Positions 19,836 through 28,697 of a stretch of 64,000 nucleotides of DNA are shown here, in pieces. The first letter of the stretch is position 1; each line of letters starts with the position of its first letter. Location: assembly GCA_009694045.1 (NCBI GenBank), contig SHVY01000004.1, positions 3,866-67,865 on the forward strand, in the 5' to 3' direction. Below the pieces are notes generated by a model that worked only from the letters and a program-made list of their open reading frames with translations, was not told the DNA's origin and did not search any database. Position numbers and translations under genes: made by a program. The stretch is from Alphaproteobacteria bacterium. GTDB lineage: Bacteria > Pseudomonadota > Alphaproteobacteria > SP197.

Positions 19836-20203
19836 GGCGAATCGGCCGCCTCCAGGCAGCCGATCACCCAGACGTCGTACACGGGATGCTCCAAGGCCGA
19901 GAGCGCCGGGCTCGATGCGAACATCCAGCCGGCGAAGGCTTCGCTCGGAGCCGCGCCCGGCTTCAATTCGCGAATCTCGAGGAAGGCGGCGCTTTCGGGG
20001 GTTTCCTCGGGCGGTGTCTGGTAGCAGGTGCGGGCGGTGATCTCGAGGGTCCCGAAGTGCACGGGCTGGTTGATCGGTGCCTCCAGGCGGGAAATCCGGG
20101 CGGTGATCTTGTCGAGTCCCTGCAGCACCGCGCCGGTCGGCTCGGCCAACGCCGTGGTGGCGCCGATCAGGGTGCACAGCAGGGCGGCCGCGGGACAGCG
20201 CAC
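19832..20203 (-). CDS. DUF2155-like periplasmic protein (NDUFA12-associated)
   Basis: GTG start giving (M)RCPAAALLCTLIGATTALA, a signal peptide, then ...GTLEITARTCYQTPPEE...MFASSPALSALEHPVYDVWVIGC. By established knowledge, DUF2155 genes cluster with NDUFA12-like genes in Alphaproteobacteria. Confidence 0.55.
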   Translation of the reverse strand: MRCPAAALLCTLIGATTALAEPTGAVLQGLDKITARISRLEAPINQPVHFGTLEITARTCYQTPPEETPESAAFLEIRELKPGAAPSEAFAGWMFASSPALSALEHPVYDVWVIGCLEAADSP

Positions 20204-20207
20204 GGAG

Positions 20208-20435
20208 CTAGCTTTTGAACGGCTGGCTAAGGCTGTCCACCAGCTCGTGCAGGGCGTGCCGGACCTCGGCCTCGTCACAGCCCATGAGCACCGCGTCCTC
20301 GAGCGCGTCCTGGCACAACTGGCGCAACTCCGCATGGTTCTGGTTCAGCACCTTGATCTTCTCGAGGCAACTGATGGGGCTGCCGTCGGCGGCATACCAG
20401 ACCCGCTCGCCCTTCCCCGAGTCGCGCGCCGCCAT
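20208..20435 (-). CDS. Small conserved hypothetical protein (75 aa)
   Basis: The ORF has a protein-like composition (...VLNQNHAELRQLCQDALEDAVLMGCDEAEVRHALHELVDSL). It sits between the MlaD-like and DUF2155 genes with 4-12 bp spacers. I could not assign a family. Confidence 0.45.
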   Translation of the reverse strand: MAARDSGKGERVWYAADGSPISCLEKIKVLNQNHAELRQLCQDALEDAVLMGCDEAEVRHALHELVDSLSQPFKS

Positions 20436-20447
20436 GGGCGATCACTC

Positions 20448-20918
20448 CTAGGGGCTGCTGGCGGCGCCGCTCTTGCCGGAGCCGTAATTGTAGATGAGCT
20501 TGCCGATCAGCGACTCCAGGTTGACCGCGGGCTGGGTCATGGTGATTTCGCCCCCTGGCGGCACGGTCTCCTCGGCGCCGCCGGGCTCGATCGCCACGTA
20601 CTTGCCGCCAAGCAATCCTTCGCTCGCGATCAGCGCCGCGCTGTCGTCGGGCAGGTTGATGTTCGGATCGATGCTCAAGGTCACCACCGCCTGGAAATAC
20701 TCGGGGTCGAGGTCATGAGCCACGACCGAGCCGATCTTGATCCCGCTGAGCTTGACATCGTCGCCGACTCGCAATCCGTCAATGGCCGTGAACCGGGCGG
20801 TCACTCGGTAACCCTCGACGGTCTCCACGTTGCCGCGGTTGTAGGCGTAGACGAGGAAGAAGCCGGTGACCACCAGCACCACGCCGCCCATCAGGGTTTC
20901 GATCGCGTTCCTGCTCAT
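20448..20918 (-). CDS. MlaD-like MCE-domain protein (outer membrane lipid asymmetry maintenance)
   Basis: An N-terminal TM segment (LMGGVVLVVTGFFLV) is followed by one MCE domain (...YRVTARFTAIDGLRVGDDVKLSGIKIGSV...). Confidence 0.7.
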   Translation of the reverse strand: MSRNAIETLMGGVVLVVTGFFLVYAYNRGNVETVEGYRVTARFTAIDGLRVGDDVKLSGIKIGSVVAHDLDPEYFQAVVTLSIDPNINLPDDSAALIASEGLLGGKYVAIEPGGAEETVPPGGEITMTQPAVNLESLIGKLIYNYGSGKSGAASSP

Positions 20919-20928
20919 CGAGTCGGTC

Positions 20929-21288
20929 CTAGTTCGGGCGCCAGGGTTCGTAGTCGCCGGTTGCGGGGGGCCTCTGCCCGGTGCCGTGGAGGTGGCCCCG
21001 AGGAAGATAGGCGTCGGGCGAACCCGTGGCGTTGGGCCGATGCGGCTGTTCCCAGGGCTGCGCAGCCAGGGGTGCCACCGATGGCGGCAGCGCGATGGTG
21101 TGATGCAGCCACGCGTGCCAATCGGCGGGAACCTTGGACGCCTCGGCAGCGCCCTTGTAAAGGACCCAACGCTTACGCCTCTGGCCCGATTCGTCGGGAT
21201 TCTTCTCGTGATAGTACCGGTTTCCGAAGGAGTCCTCGCCGACCCGCTCGCCCCGGAGCATCGTGTAGAGCCGCGTTCCCAAGGTCAT
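20929..21288 (-). CDS. NADH:ubiquinone oxidoreductase subunit NDUFA12-like protein
   Basis: Trimmed to MTLGTRLYTMLRGERVGEDSFGNRYYHEK...RWVLY...WHAWLHHT, the NDUFA12 family pattern. Confidence 0.7.
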   Translation of the reverse strand: MTLGTRLYTMLRGERVGEDSFGNRYYHEKNPDESGQRRKRWVLYKGAAEASKVPADWHAWLHHTIALPPSVAPLAAQPWEQPHRPNATGSPDAYLPRGHLHGTGQRPPATGDYEPWRPN

Positions 21289-21490
21289 GATGGTTCCTGC
21301 CGCCTTCTTTCCGCATATTGCCGGTCGTCGCCCGGCCCGTCCAGCTTCGCCGCCCAGGATGCGACCCCGGCGGTGATGCACGCGATAATCGCAAACGTGT
21401 CAGGCGCGCAACCCGCGAACCTCACCTCGATGTTACACGTAAGGTGTACATCATATTGTGCTCGTACGTCCGCCGGTCCCAAAATCTTGT

Positions 21491-21519
21491 TGACCCGAAT
21501 CACCCGACGTCCTAGATTG
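21491..21519 (+). promoter_or_regulatory. Putative sigma70 promoter for nrdJ
   Basis: TTGACC-17 bp-TAGATT is a near-consensus promoter. It would give a ~350-nt leader. Confidence 0.4.
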
Positions 21520-21874
21520 CTCGCCCTGGGTGTCATAGGATCAAGAATCCACATCCGTCTTCGGACTGTCAGTCGTTAATCCGATCCCAGAAGCAAAAAA
21601 ACTAATAAAATCCGAGGCCATGAAGAGAATTCTCTAAGGGAACTGGAGAGTTTTCGTGTGCTCCTCTAGCTGTTGTTTAAGGTCGATTAAGGCTTTTCGC
21701 GCTGATACAGCGCGCCTGTGTCATGGATTTTGGCACCGGGCACAAATTCGCCCGGAGATACTGTTGACAGAAGGTAAAATTTCTCCATAGTGAGGCTCAA
21801 GAATTTGTGGGGTCGGCCGTCAAGAGCACCAGATGCTGTGGCGGACGAAGCGTCCAAGGGGCACGGGGGGAGTG

Positions 21875-24800
21875 ATGCGTATAGCACGGCGGTTTACCGC
21901 GGCGAATCGGGACGCATACGACGGCGTGGCGTTCCGGCGCATCTCCAGCGAGATTCGCAACCCCGACGGCTCCGTGGTCTTCCAGGCCAAGGACATCGAG
22001 GTTCCGGACGGCTGGTCCCAGGTCGCCTGTGACGTCCTCGCCCAGAAGTATTTCCGCAAGGCCGGTATCCCTGTCGCCACCCGGCCGGTCGAGGAAGGGG
22101 ACGTGCCCGGCTGGCTGTGGCGCCGCACGGCCCAGGACGGCACGAAGTTCGCGGGCGAATCCTCGGCCCGCCAGGTGTTCGATCGCATGGCCGGGACCTG
22201 GACCTACTGGGGCTGGAAGGCCGGCTATTTCGACGCCGAGGACGACGCCCGCGCGTTCTTCGACGAGTTGCGGTTCATGCTGTGCCGGCAGATGGGTGCG
22301 CCCAATTCGCCGCAGTGGTTCAATACCGGTCTGCACTGGGCATACGGCATCGACGGTCCGGCCCAGGGGCATTTCTACGTCGACCACACCACCGGCACGG
22401 TGGCCCGCTCGACCAGCGCCTATGAGCGGCCCCAACCCCATGCCTGCTTCATCCAGAGCGTCGATGACGATCTCGTCAACGAGAACGGGATCATGGATCT
22501 GTGGGTGCGCGAGGCCCGGCTGTTCAAGTACGGGTCGGGCACCGGCAGCAACTTTTCCAAACTGCGGGGCGAGAACGAACCCCTGTCGGGCGGCGGCAAG
22601 TCGTCCGGGCTGATGAGCTTCCTCAAGGTCGGCGACCGCGCCGCCGGAGCCATCAAGTCGGGTGGGACCACCCGGCGTGCGGCGAAGATGGTGGTGGTCG
22701 ATGTCGATCACCCCGACATCGAGACCTTCATCGGTTGGAAGTCCCGCGAGGAGCAGAAGGTCGCCGCCCTGGTGGCCGGTTCGAAGCTGTGCGAGCGCCA
22801 CCTGAACGACGTCATCCGGGCCTGCCAGATCGGCGCCGCGCCCGGCCGCTACGACCCCACCCAGAACGCCGCCCTGCGCCAGGCGATCCTGGGGGGGCGC
22901 AAGGCCATGGTGTCGGAGAACTACATCCAGCGGGCGATCCATCTCGCCAAGCAGGGCTTCGATCACATCGACTTCCCGGTGTTCGACACCGACTGGGACT
23001 CCGAGGCCTACCTCACGGTCTCGGGCCAGAACGCAAACAACACGGTGCGCGTCTCCAACACGTTCCTGGACAAGGTCGTGACCGGCGGGTCCTGGGATCT
23101 GAACTGGCGCTCGAAGAACAAGGTCGCTCGCACCCTCGAAGCCAGGTCGCTGTGGGACCAGATCGCCTTCGCCGCCTGGTCGTCCGCCGACCCGGGGCTG
23201 CAGTACGACACCACGATCAACGAGTGGCATACCTGTCCCGCGTCGGGCCGGATCAACGCTTCGAACCCGTGCTCCGAGTACATGTTCCTGGACGACACGG
23301 CGTGCAACCTCGCGTCCCTGAACTTGCGCACGTTCCAGGACGAGAACGGCGCGTTCGAGATCGAGGCGTTCAGCCACGCCTGCCGGCTGTGGACCGTCGT
23401 CCTGGAAATCTCGGTGCTGATGGCCCAGTTCCCGTCGCGGGAGATCGCCAGGCGGTCCTACGAGTTTCGCACCCTCGGCCTCGGCTACGCCAACATCGGC
23501 GGCCTGCTGATGGCCGCTGGCCTCGCCTACGACAGCGATTCCGCGCGTGCCCTGGCGGCGGCCATCACCGCGTTGATGACCGGCGTGTCCTATGCGACCT
23601 CGGCCGAGATGGCCCGGGAGCTCGGCGCGTTTCCGCGCTTCGCCGAGAACCGTGACGGCATGCTGCGGGTCATCCGCAACCACTGCCGGGCCGCCTATGG
23701 CGAGGCCGGCGGCTACGAGGACCTGTCGATACCTCCGGTGCCCCTCAAGTCCGAGGCGTGCCCCGATCCGGCGATCGTCGCCGCGGCCGAGGCGGCTTGG
23801 GATCTAGCACTCGAGCTCGGCAATGCGCACGGGTTCCGTAACGCCCAGGCGACGGTCATCGCACCCACCGGGACGATCGGGCTGGTAATGGATTGCGACA
23901 CCACCGGAATTGAGCCCGACTTCGCCCTGGTGAAGTTCAAGAAGCTGGCGGGCGGCGGCTATTTCAAGATCATCAATCAGACGGTTCCCGTGGCGCTTTC
24001 CCGGCTGGGATACAGCCCCGGCCAGATCGACGACATCGTCCGTCACGCGGTCGGCAATGGAACCCTGGAGCGGGCGCCGGGCATCAACCACGCCACGCTT
24101 CTGGCCCGGGGCTTCAACCAATCGGTGCTCGGCGCGTTGGAAGGTGCCCTCGCGGCGGCGTTCGATATCCGCTTCACCTTCAACAAATGGACGCTCGGCG
24201 TCGACTTCTGCACCCATGTCCTCGGCCTCGCGCGGGCCCAGCTCGACGAGCCGGGCTTCGACATGCTGGCGGCCCTCGGGTTCAGCCGCGCGGACGTGGA
24301 CGCGGCCAACGTCTACTGCTGCGGCGCCATGACCCTGGAGGGCGCTCCGCACCTGAAGGACGAGCATCTGCCGGTGTTCGATTGCGCCAATCCGTGCGGT
24401 CGCACGGGCAAGCGGTTCCTTTCGGTCGAGAGCCACATCCGCATGATGGCGGCGGTGCAGCCGTTCATCTCCGGCGCCATCTCGAAGACCATCAACATGC
24501 CGAACGCCGCGTCCGTCGAGGAGTGCAAGGACGCCTACATGCTGTCGTGGCGCCTGGGACTGAAGGCCAACGCCCTATATCGCGATGGGTCGAAGCTGTC
24601 GCAGCCGTTGTCCGCCCTGTTCCTCGGCGACGGCGAGGCGGAGGCGGACGAGGTCGAAGCCACCGCCAAGGTGTCGACGACCGAGCGGATCGTGCGCGAG
24701 GTCATACGCGTCACCGGCCGTAGCCGCCTGCCGCAGCGCCGCCGTGGGTATACCCAGAAGGCCATGGTCGGCGGCCACAAGGTCTACCTGCGGACCGGCG

Positions 24801-25465
24801 AGTACGAGGACGGCACGCTGGGCGAGATCTTCATCGACATGCACAAGGAGGGTTCGGCCTTCCGCGCCCTGATGGACAGCTTCGCCATCGCCGTGTCGAT
24901 GGGCCTGCAGTATGGCGTGCCGCTGGACGAGTTCGTCGAGGCCTTCACCTTCACCCGGTTCGAACCCTCGGGCATGGTCGAGGGCAACAGTGCGATCAAG
25001 ATGTCCACGTCGGTGCTGGACTACATCTTCCGCGAACTGGCGATCTCCTATCTCGATCGCCACGACCTGGCCCATGTCGTGGCCGCGGACCTGCTGCCCG
25101 ACAGCGTCGGACGGGGTGCCGGCGATACGACCGCGCGCACGTCCGAGCAGAACAAGGCGGCCATGGAAACCGCGTTCAAGCAGAGCGTCAGCCGCGGCTA
25201 CCTGCGCGGGTCGCTGCGGGTGGTCGAAGGCGGGATGACGTCCGAGCAGATCGTCGCCAGTGTCGGTGCCGCCTCGGTCGGCGCCGCCGCCGTCGGCTCG
25301 ACCTACGGCGTGACGGTTGGATCCGTCGTCATCGAACGAATCAAAGAGGCCAGGATCAAAGGGTATGAGGGTGAGCCGTGCAACGACTGCGGCCAACTCA
25401 CACTGGTCCGCAATGGGACGTGCCTCAAGTGCGACACCTGCGGCGGCACGAGCGGTTGCTCGTGA
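21875..25465 (+). CDS. nrdJ: Adenosylcobalamin-dependent (class II) ribonucleotide reductase
   Basis: [20 protein letters not shown]...~1200 aa of class II RNR...the C-terminal [28 protein letters not shown] zinc ribbon. The start is chosen at the Met giving the conserved MRIxRRFT N-terminus (the listed ORF begins 14 codons earlier). Confidence 0.9.
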   Translation: MRIARRFTAANRDAYDGVAFRRISSEIRNPDGSVVFQAKDIEVPDGWSQVACDVLAQKYFRKAGIPVATRPVEEGDVPGWLWRRTAQDGTKFAGESSARQVFDRMAGTWTYWGWKAGYFDAEDDARAFFDELRFMLCRQMGAPNSPQWFNTGLHWAYGIDGPAQGHFYVDHTTGTVARSTSAYERPQPHACFIQSVDDDLVNENGIMDLWVREARLFKYGSGTGSNFSKLRGENEPLSGGGKSSGLMSFLKVGDRAAGAIKSGGTTRRAAKMVVVDVDHPDIETFIGWKSREEQKVAALVAGSKLCERHLNDVIRACQIGAAPGRYDPTQNAALRQAILGGRKAMVSENYIQRAIHLAKQGFDHIDFPVFDTDWDSEAYLTVSGQNANNTVRVSNTFLDKVVTGGSWDLNWRSKNKVARTLEARSLWDQIAFAAWSSADPGLQYDTTINEWHTCPASGRINASNPCSEYMFLDDTACNLASLNLRTFQDENGAFEIEAFSHACRLWTVVLEISVLMAQFPSREIARRSYEFRTLGLGYANIGGLLMAAGLAYDSDSARALAAAITALMTGVSYATSAEMARELGAFPRFAENRDGMLRVIRNHCRAAYGEAGGYEDLSIPPVPLKSEACPDPAIVAAAEAAWDLALELGNAHGFRNAQATVIAPTGTIGLVMDCDTTGIEPDFALVKFKKLAGGGYFKIINQTVPVALSRLGYSPGQIDDIVRHAVGNGTLERAPGINHATLLARGFNQSVLGALEGALAAAFDIRFTFNKWTLGVDFCTHVLGLARAQLDEPGFDMLAALGFSRADVDAANVYCCGAMTLEGAPHLKDEHLPVFDCANPCGRTGKRFLSVESHIRMMAAVQPFISGAISKTINMPNAASVEECKDAYMLSWRLGLKANALYRDGSKLSQPLSALFLGDGEAEADEVEATAKVSTTERIVREVIRVTGRSRLPQRRRGYTQKAMVGGHKVYLRTGEYEDGTLGEIFIDMHKEGSAFRALMDSFAIAVSMGLQYGVPLDEFVEAFTFTRFEPSGMVEGNSAIKMSTSVLDYIFRELAISYLDRHDLAHVVAADLLPDSVGRGAGDTTARTSEQNKAAMETAFKQSVSRGYLRGSLRVVEGGMTSEQIVASVGAASVGAAAVGSTYGVTVGSVVIERIKEARIKGYEGEPCNDCGQLTLVRNGTCLKCDTCGGTSGCS

Positions 25466-25560
25466 CCCGGGTCGCTACGTCCCCGCGCGGTCTCGCGGCG
25501 TCTCCGTGACACCATCGCCGCCGCGGTTGCTCATGGTGTGTCCTCCCTGAACTCATCGGG

Positions 25561-25592
25561 GCGTGCATGTAGCGCGCCCCGTTTTTTTTTCT
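25561..25592 (+). terminator. Rho-independent terminator of nrdJ
   Basis: A GGGGCGTGC-ATGTA-GCGCGCCCC stem-loop is followed by a T9 run. Confidence 0.6.
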
Positions 25593-25607
25593 AGAGCACG
25601 TTCCGTT

Positions 25608-25717
25608 TCATGTTGACCCGCCCGTCCCCCGTCCCCTCCCGCAAGGGGAGGGGGACGCACGGATCATTTCTTGCTTCTCCCCTCCCCTTGCGGGAGGGGA
25701 CGGGGGACGGGGGACGG
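25608..25717. repeat. Inverted duplication of a G/C-tract hairpin (G-quadruplex-prone on both strands)
   Basis: The unit at 25621-25657 (GTCCCCTCCCGCAAGGGGAGGGGGACG) and its reverse complement at 25672-25712 are separated by 16 bp. The plus strand carries GGGGAGGGGACGGGGGACGGGGGACGGGG, and the minus strand carries the equivalent on the other arm. Confidence 0.6.
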
Positions 25718-25754
25718 GGCCGATCCGACCGAGTCTACGTGGTCGGAACGTGCC

Positions 25755-26006
25755 CTAGTCGGGGGCGGACCGGCAACCTTCCGGCTTGAAGACGCGGCGG
25801 GTCGATGCTGGATTCTTCGCCAGGCGGGCGTCGGGGCGGCGCGGCCTGGCGACGAGCTCACCACCGCAGTTCGGACAGCGTCCACCCAGCCTCGACAGGG
25901 CGCAAGTCTGGCAGAACGTGCATTCGAACGAGCAGATCATCGCGTCGGTGGCCCCCGGCGGAAGATCGCGGTCGCAGCACTCGCACGATGGCCGCAGCTC
26001 CAACAT
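25755..26006 (-). CDS. DUF1272 domain protein (Cys-rich)
   Basis: MLELRPSCECCDRDLPPGATDAMICSFECTFCQTCALSRLGGRCPNCGGELVARP matches the DUF1272 pattern (start trimmed from the listed ORF). Confidence 0.7.
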   Translation of the reverse strand: MLELRPSCECCDRDLPPGATDAMICSFECTFCQTCALSRLGGRCPNCGGELVARPRRPDARLAKNPASTRRVFKPEGCRSAPD

Positions 26007-26064
26007 GACATCCCTCCCCGCGGTCCCCATGATGGTTGCCGAAGATTAGACCGGGCCAAGCGAG

Positions 26065-26796
26065 ATGGGTAGCCGCGTGCGCGCGCGAATTCACGGTCTG
26101 CTCGTCGCCGCGCTGGCGTCGGCGCCCCTCGGCCTCGCGGTGGCCGACAGTCCGGCGCTGCCGGATCCATGCTACGATCCGGCGCGGCCGGGTCCGGCGT
26201 ACTGCGAGCTGATCGCGGAGCGGACCGTCGCGCGGCCAGGCGGCGAATCGTACGTCAATCAGCTCTATGAGTTCTACGAAGACCTCGCCGCCGGCGAGGC
26301 GCGGCCGCCGCAGTGGGTGTTCGACTACACCCCGCCCTACAATCAGTCCGGGATCAAGCTGTACGACGAGGCGGCGCGCCTGCTGCTGGCCGGGGAATGG
26401 AACGTGGGGGGTGCCTGGTTCGAAGCGCCCGACGTCATCGACCACCCGGATTACGGGACGCTGCTCGTCATCCCGCAGCGCTTCGCCGGTACTGGTGCGA
26501 TCGCCGATGACCGGTTGCTCCGATTCGCCGACGGTTCGTGGCGGCGAATCGCGGCCAGCCCCTTTCGCGACGAGGCCACGGGCGAGCCCGGCTGGCTCGA
26601 CGGCGTCATCGCCGAACTGCCGGCCGATCTCGGCATCTGGAAGGGCGTGCCCGTCGACTACCTCACCATGCGAGGACAATCCCCGCTGTGGCGGGCCACC
26701 GACGCGAACTGTTGCCCCACCGGCGGCACCGTCGATCTCGGCTTCGCCCTGGACGGCGACCGGCTGGTGGTCCGCGAGGTCGTCTACCGGCCGTGA
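26065..26796 (+). CDS. Secreted hypothetical protein
   Basis: A signal peptide (...APLGLAVA|DS) is followed by a mature region with paired Cys (PDPCYDP...YCEL; DANCCPTGG) and no recognisable family. Its stop abuts the aspS stop. Confidence 0.5.
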   Translation: MGSRVRARIHGLLVAALASAPLGLAVADSPALPDPCYDPARPGPAYCELIAERTVARPGGESYVNQLYEFYEDLAAGEARPPQWVFDYTPPYNQSGIKLYDEAARLLLAGEWNVGGAWFEAPDVIDHPDYGTLLVIPQRFAGTGAIADDRLLRFADGSWRRIAASPFRDEATGEPGWLDGVIAELPADLGIWKGVPVDYLTMRGQSPLWRATDANCCPTGGTVDLGFALDGDRLVVREVVYRP

Positions 26797-28578
26797 TCAG
26801 CTCGCCGGTTTGGGCGGCAGCGCGAGCCGGATCGAGAGCTCCTTGAGTTGCTGCGGCGTGACCGGGGCGGGTGCGCCCATCAGCAAGTCCTGGGCCTGCT
26901 GGTTCATGGGGAAGGCAATCACCTCGCGCAGGTTCGGCTCGTCGGCCAGGAGCATGACGATGCGATCGATCCCGGGCGCCAACCCACCGTGCGGCGGGGT
27001 GCCGTAGTGAAAGGCGTGGAACAACGCCCCAAACCGCTTTTCCACCTCCTCCCGGCCGTAACCCGCGATCTCGAAGGCCTTGACCATCACATCCGGCAGA
27101 TGGTTGCGGATGGCGCCCGAGGACAGCTCGATACCGTTGCACACGATGTCGTATTGGTGCGCCAGGATCGTCAGCGGATCCTGCTCGGTCAGCGCCCCCA
27201 ATCCGCCCTGCGGCATCGAGAACGGGTTGTGACTGAACTCGATCTTCTTGCTGTCCTCGTTCAGCTCGAACATCGGGAAGTCGACGATCCAGCAGAAGCG
27301 GAAGGCGTCCTTCTCCTTGAGGCCGAGCTCGTCGCCCAGGCGGGTGCGGGCGAGGCCGGCAAGCCGCGCCGCCTTGGCCGCCTGATCGCAGGCGAAGAAG
27401 ACGGCGTCGCCGGCCTCGAGCCCGACCAGTTCGCGCAATCGGGCGAGGCGCTCGGGGCCCAGGTTGTTGGCGATCGGTCCCTTGGGCCCATCCGCCGCGA
27501 GCACGACGTAGCCCAAGCCCGGCGCCCCCTGCTCCTTCGCCCAATCGTTCAGCTTGTCGAAGAAGCTGCGCGGCCGGTCCGCGGCTCCGGGCGCCGGGAT
27601 CGCGCGCACCACCGCGCCCCCCTCCACGGCCCGCGCGAAGATCTTGAAACCCGAGCCCCGGAACACCTCGGTCACGTCCCTGATGATGAGCGGGTTCCTG
27701 AGGTCGGGCTTGTCGTTGCCGTATCGCAGCATCGAATCGGCGAAGGTGATGCGGGGGAACGGCGGCGGCGTGATCGCCTTCGTCGTGAACTCCTTGAACG
27801 TCCCGTGCATCACCGGCTCGATCGCCGCGAACACGTCGTCCTGCTCGACGAAACTCATCTCGACGTCAAGCTGGTAGAACTCCCCGGGCGATCGGTCGGC
27901 GCGGGCGTCCTCGTCGCGAAAACAGGGGGCGATCTGGAAATAGCGGTCGAACCCGGACGCCATCAGCAGCTGCTTGAACTGCTGCGGCGCCTGGGGCAGG
28001 GCGTAGAACGAGCCGGGATGCAGCCGACTGGGAACCAGGAAATCGCGGGCACCTTCCGGGCTGGAGGCGGTGAGGATCGGCGTCTGGTACTCGAGGAACC
28101 CGGCTTCGATCATGCGGCGACGGATGCTGGCGATCACCTTGGACCGCTGCACGATGTTGCGATGCAACTTCTCGCGCCGGAGGTCGAGGAAGCGGTACTT
28201 CAACCGCATATCCTCGGGATAGTCGGCATCGACCGCCACCGGGAACGGCAGGGGATCAGCCGCCGACAGGACCTCGACGCCGGTCACGCGGATCTCCACC
28301 TCACCGGTCGCGAGGTCGGGGTTCACCGTCTCGGGGCTGCGGGCGACCACCCGACCCGTGATCGAGACAACCGTCTCGGAATGCAGGCCGTCAATCGCGG
28401 CGAAGGCCGCCTCCCCCGACTCGACGACGCCTTGAGTGAGCCCGTAGTGATCGCGCAGGTCGAGGAACAGCAGGTTGCCGTGATCGCGCTTGCGATGGAC
28501 CCACCCCGCCAGCCGGACCTCTTTGCCGACGTCGGCGTGGCGCAGCGCGCCGCAGGTGTGGGAGCGATAGCGGTTCAT
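26797..28578 (-). CDS. aspS: Aspartate--tRNA ligase
   Basis: [13 protein letters not shown]...the OB-fold anticodon-binding domain...class II core motifs ([14 protein letters not shown]; [10 protein letters not shown]). Confidence 0.9.
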   Translation of the reverse strand: MNRYRSHTCGALRHADVGKEVRLAGWVHRKRDHGNLLFLDLRDHYGLTQGVVESGEAAFAAIDGLHSETVVSITGRVVARSPETVNPDLATGEVEIRVTGVEVLSAADPLPFPVAVDADYPEDMRLKYRFLDLRREKLHRNIVQRSKVIASIRRRMIEAGFLEYQTPILTASSPEGARDFLVPSRLHPGSFYALPQAPQQFKQLLMASGFDRYFQIAPCFRDEDARADRSPGEFYQLDVEMSFVEQDDVFAAIEPVMHGTFKEFTTKAITPPPFPRITFADSMLRYGNDKPDLRNPLIIRDVTEVFRGSGFKIFARAVEGGAVVRAIPAPGAADRPRSFFDKLNDWAKEQGAPGLGYVVLAADGPKGPIANNLGPERLARLRELVGLEAGDAVFFACDQAAKAARLAGLARTRLGDELGLKEKDAFRFCWIVDFPMFELNEDSKKIEFSHNPFSMPQGGLGALTEQDPLTILAHQYDIVCNGIELSSGAIRNHLPDVMVKAFEIAGYGREEVEKRFGALFHAFHYGTPPHGGLAPGIDRIVMLLADEPNLREVIAFPMNQQAQDLLMGAPAPVTPQQLKELSIRLALPPKPAS

Positions 28579-28697
28579 GGCCAGACTCTGCGGTTTTCCG
28601 TGACGTTCGGGGCGCACAAGCGCATGGGAGCGCGGCGGCTGTCAAGGCCTCGAGCCGGCTCGCGCGGCGCCCGGCGGGATGGTAGAACCCCCGGGCC

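Noticed and set aside
21500-21874. Cobalamin riboswitch or NrdR-box pair upstream of nrdJ.
   Set aside because: I could not find the B12-box core (GCCACTG-like) or a 16-bp NrdR palindrome pair by eye. The regulatory element is reported only as an unexplained AT-rich leader.
25600-25720. CRISPR-like array, considered because of repeated GGGGACG units.
   Set aside because: There is only an inverted duplication of one hairpin plus short G-tract repeats. It has no regular repeat-spacer periodicity and no cas genes.
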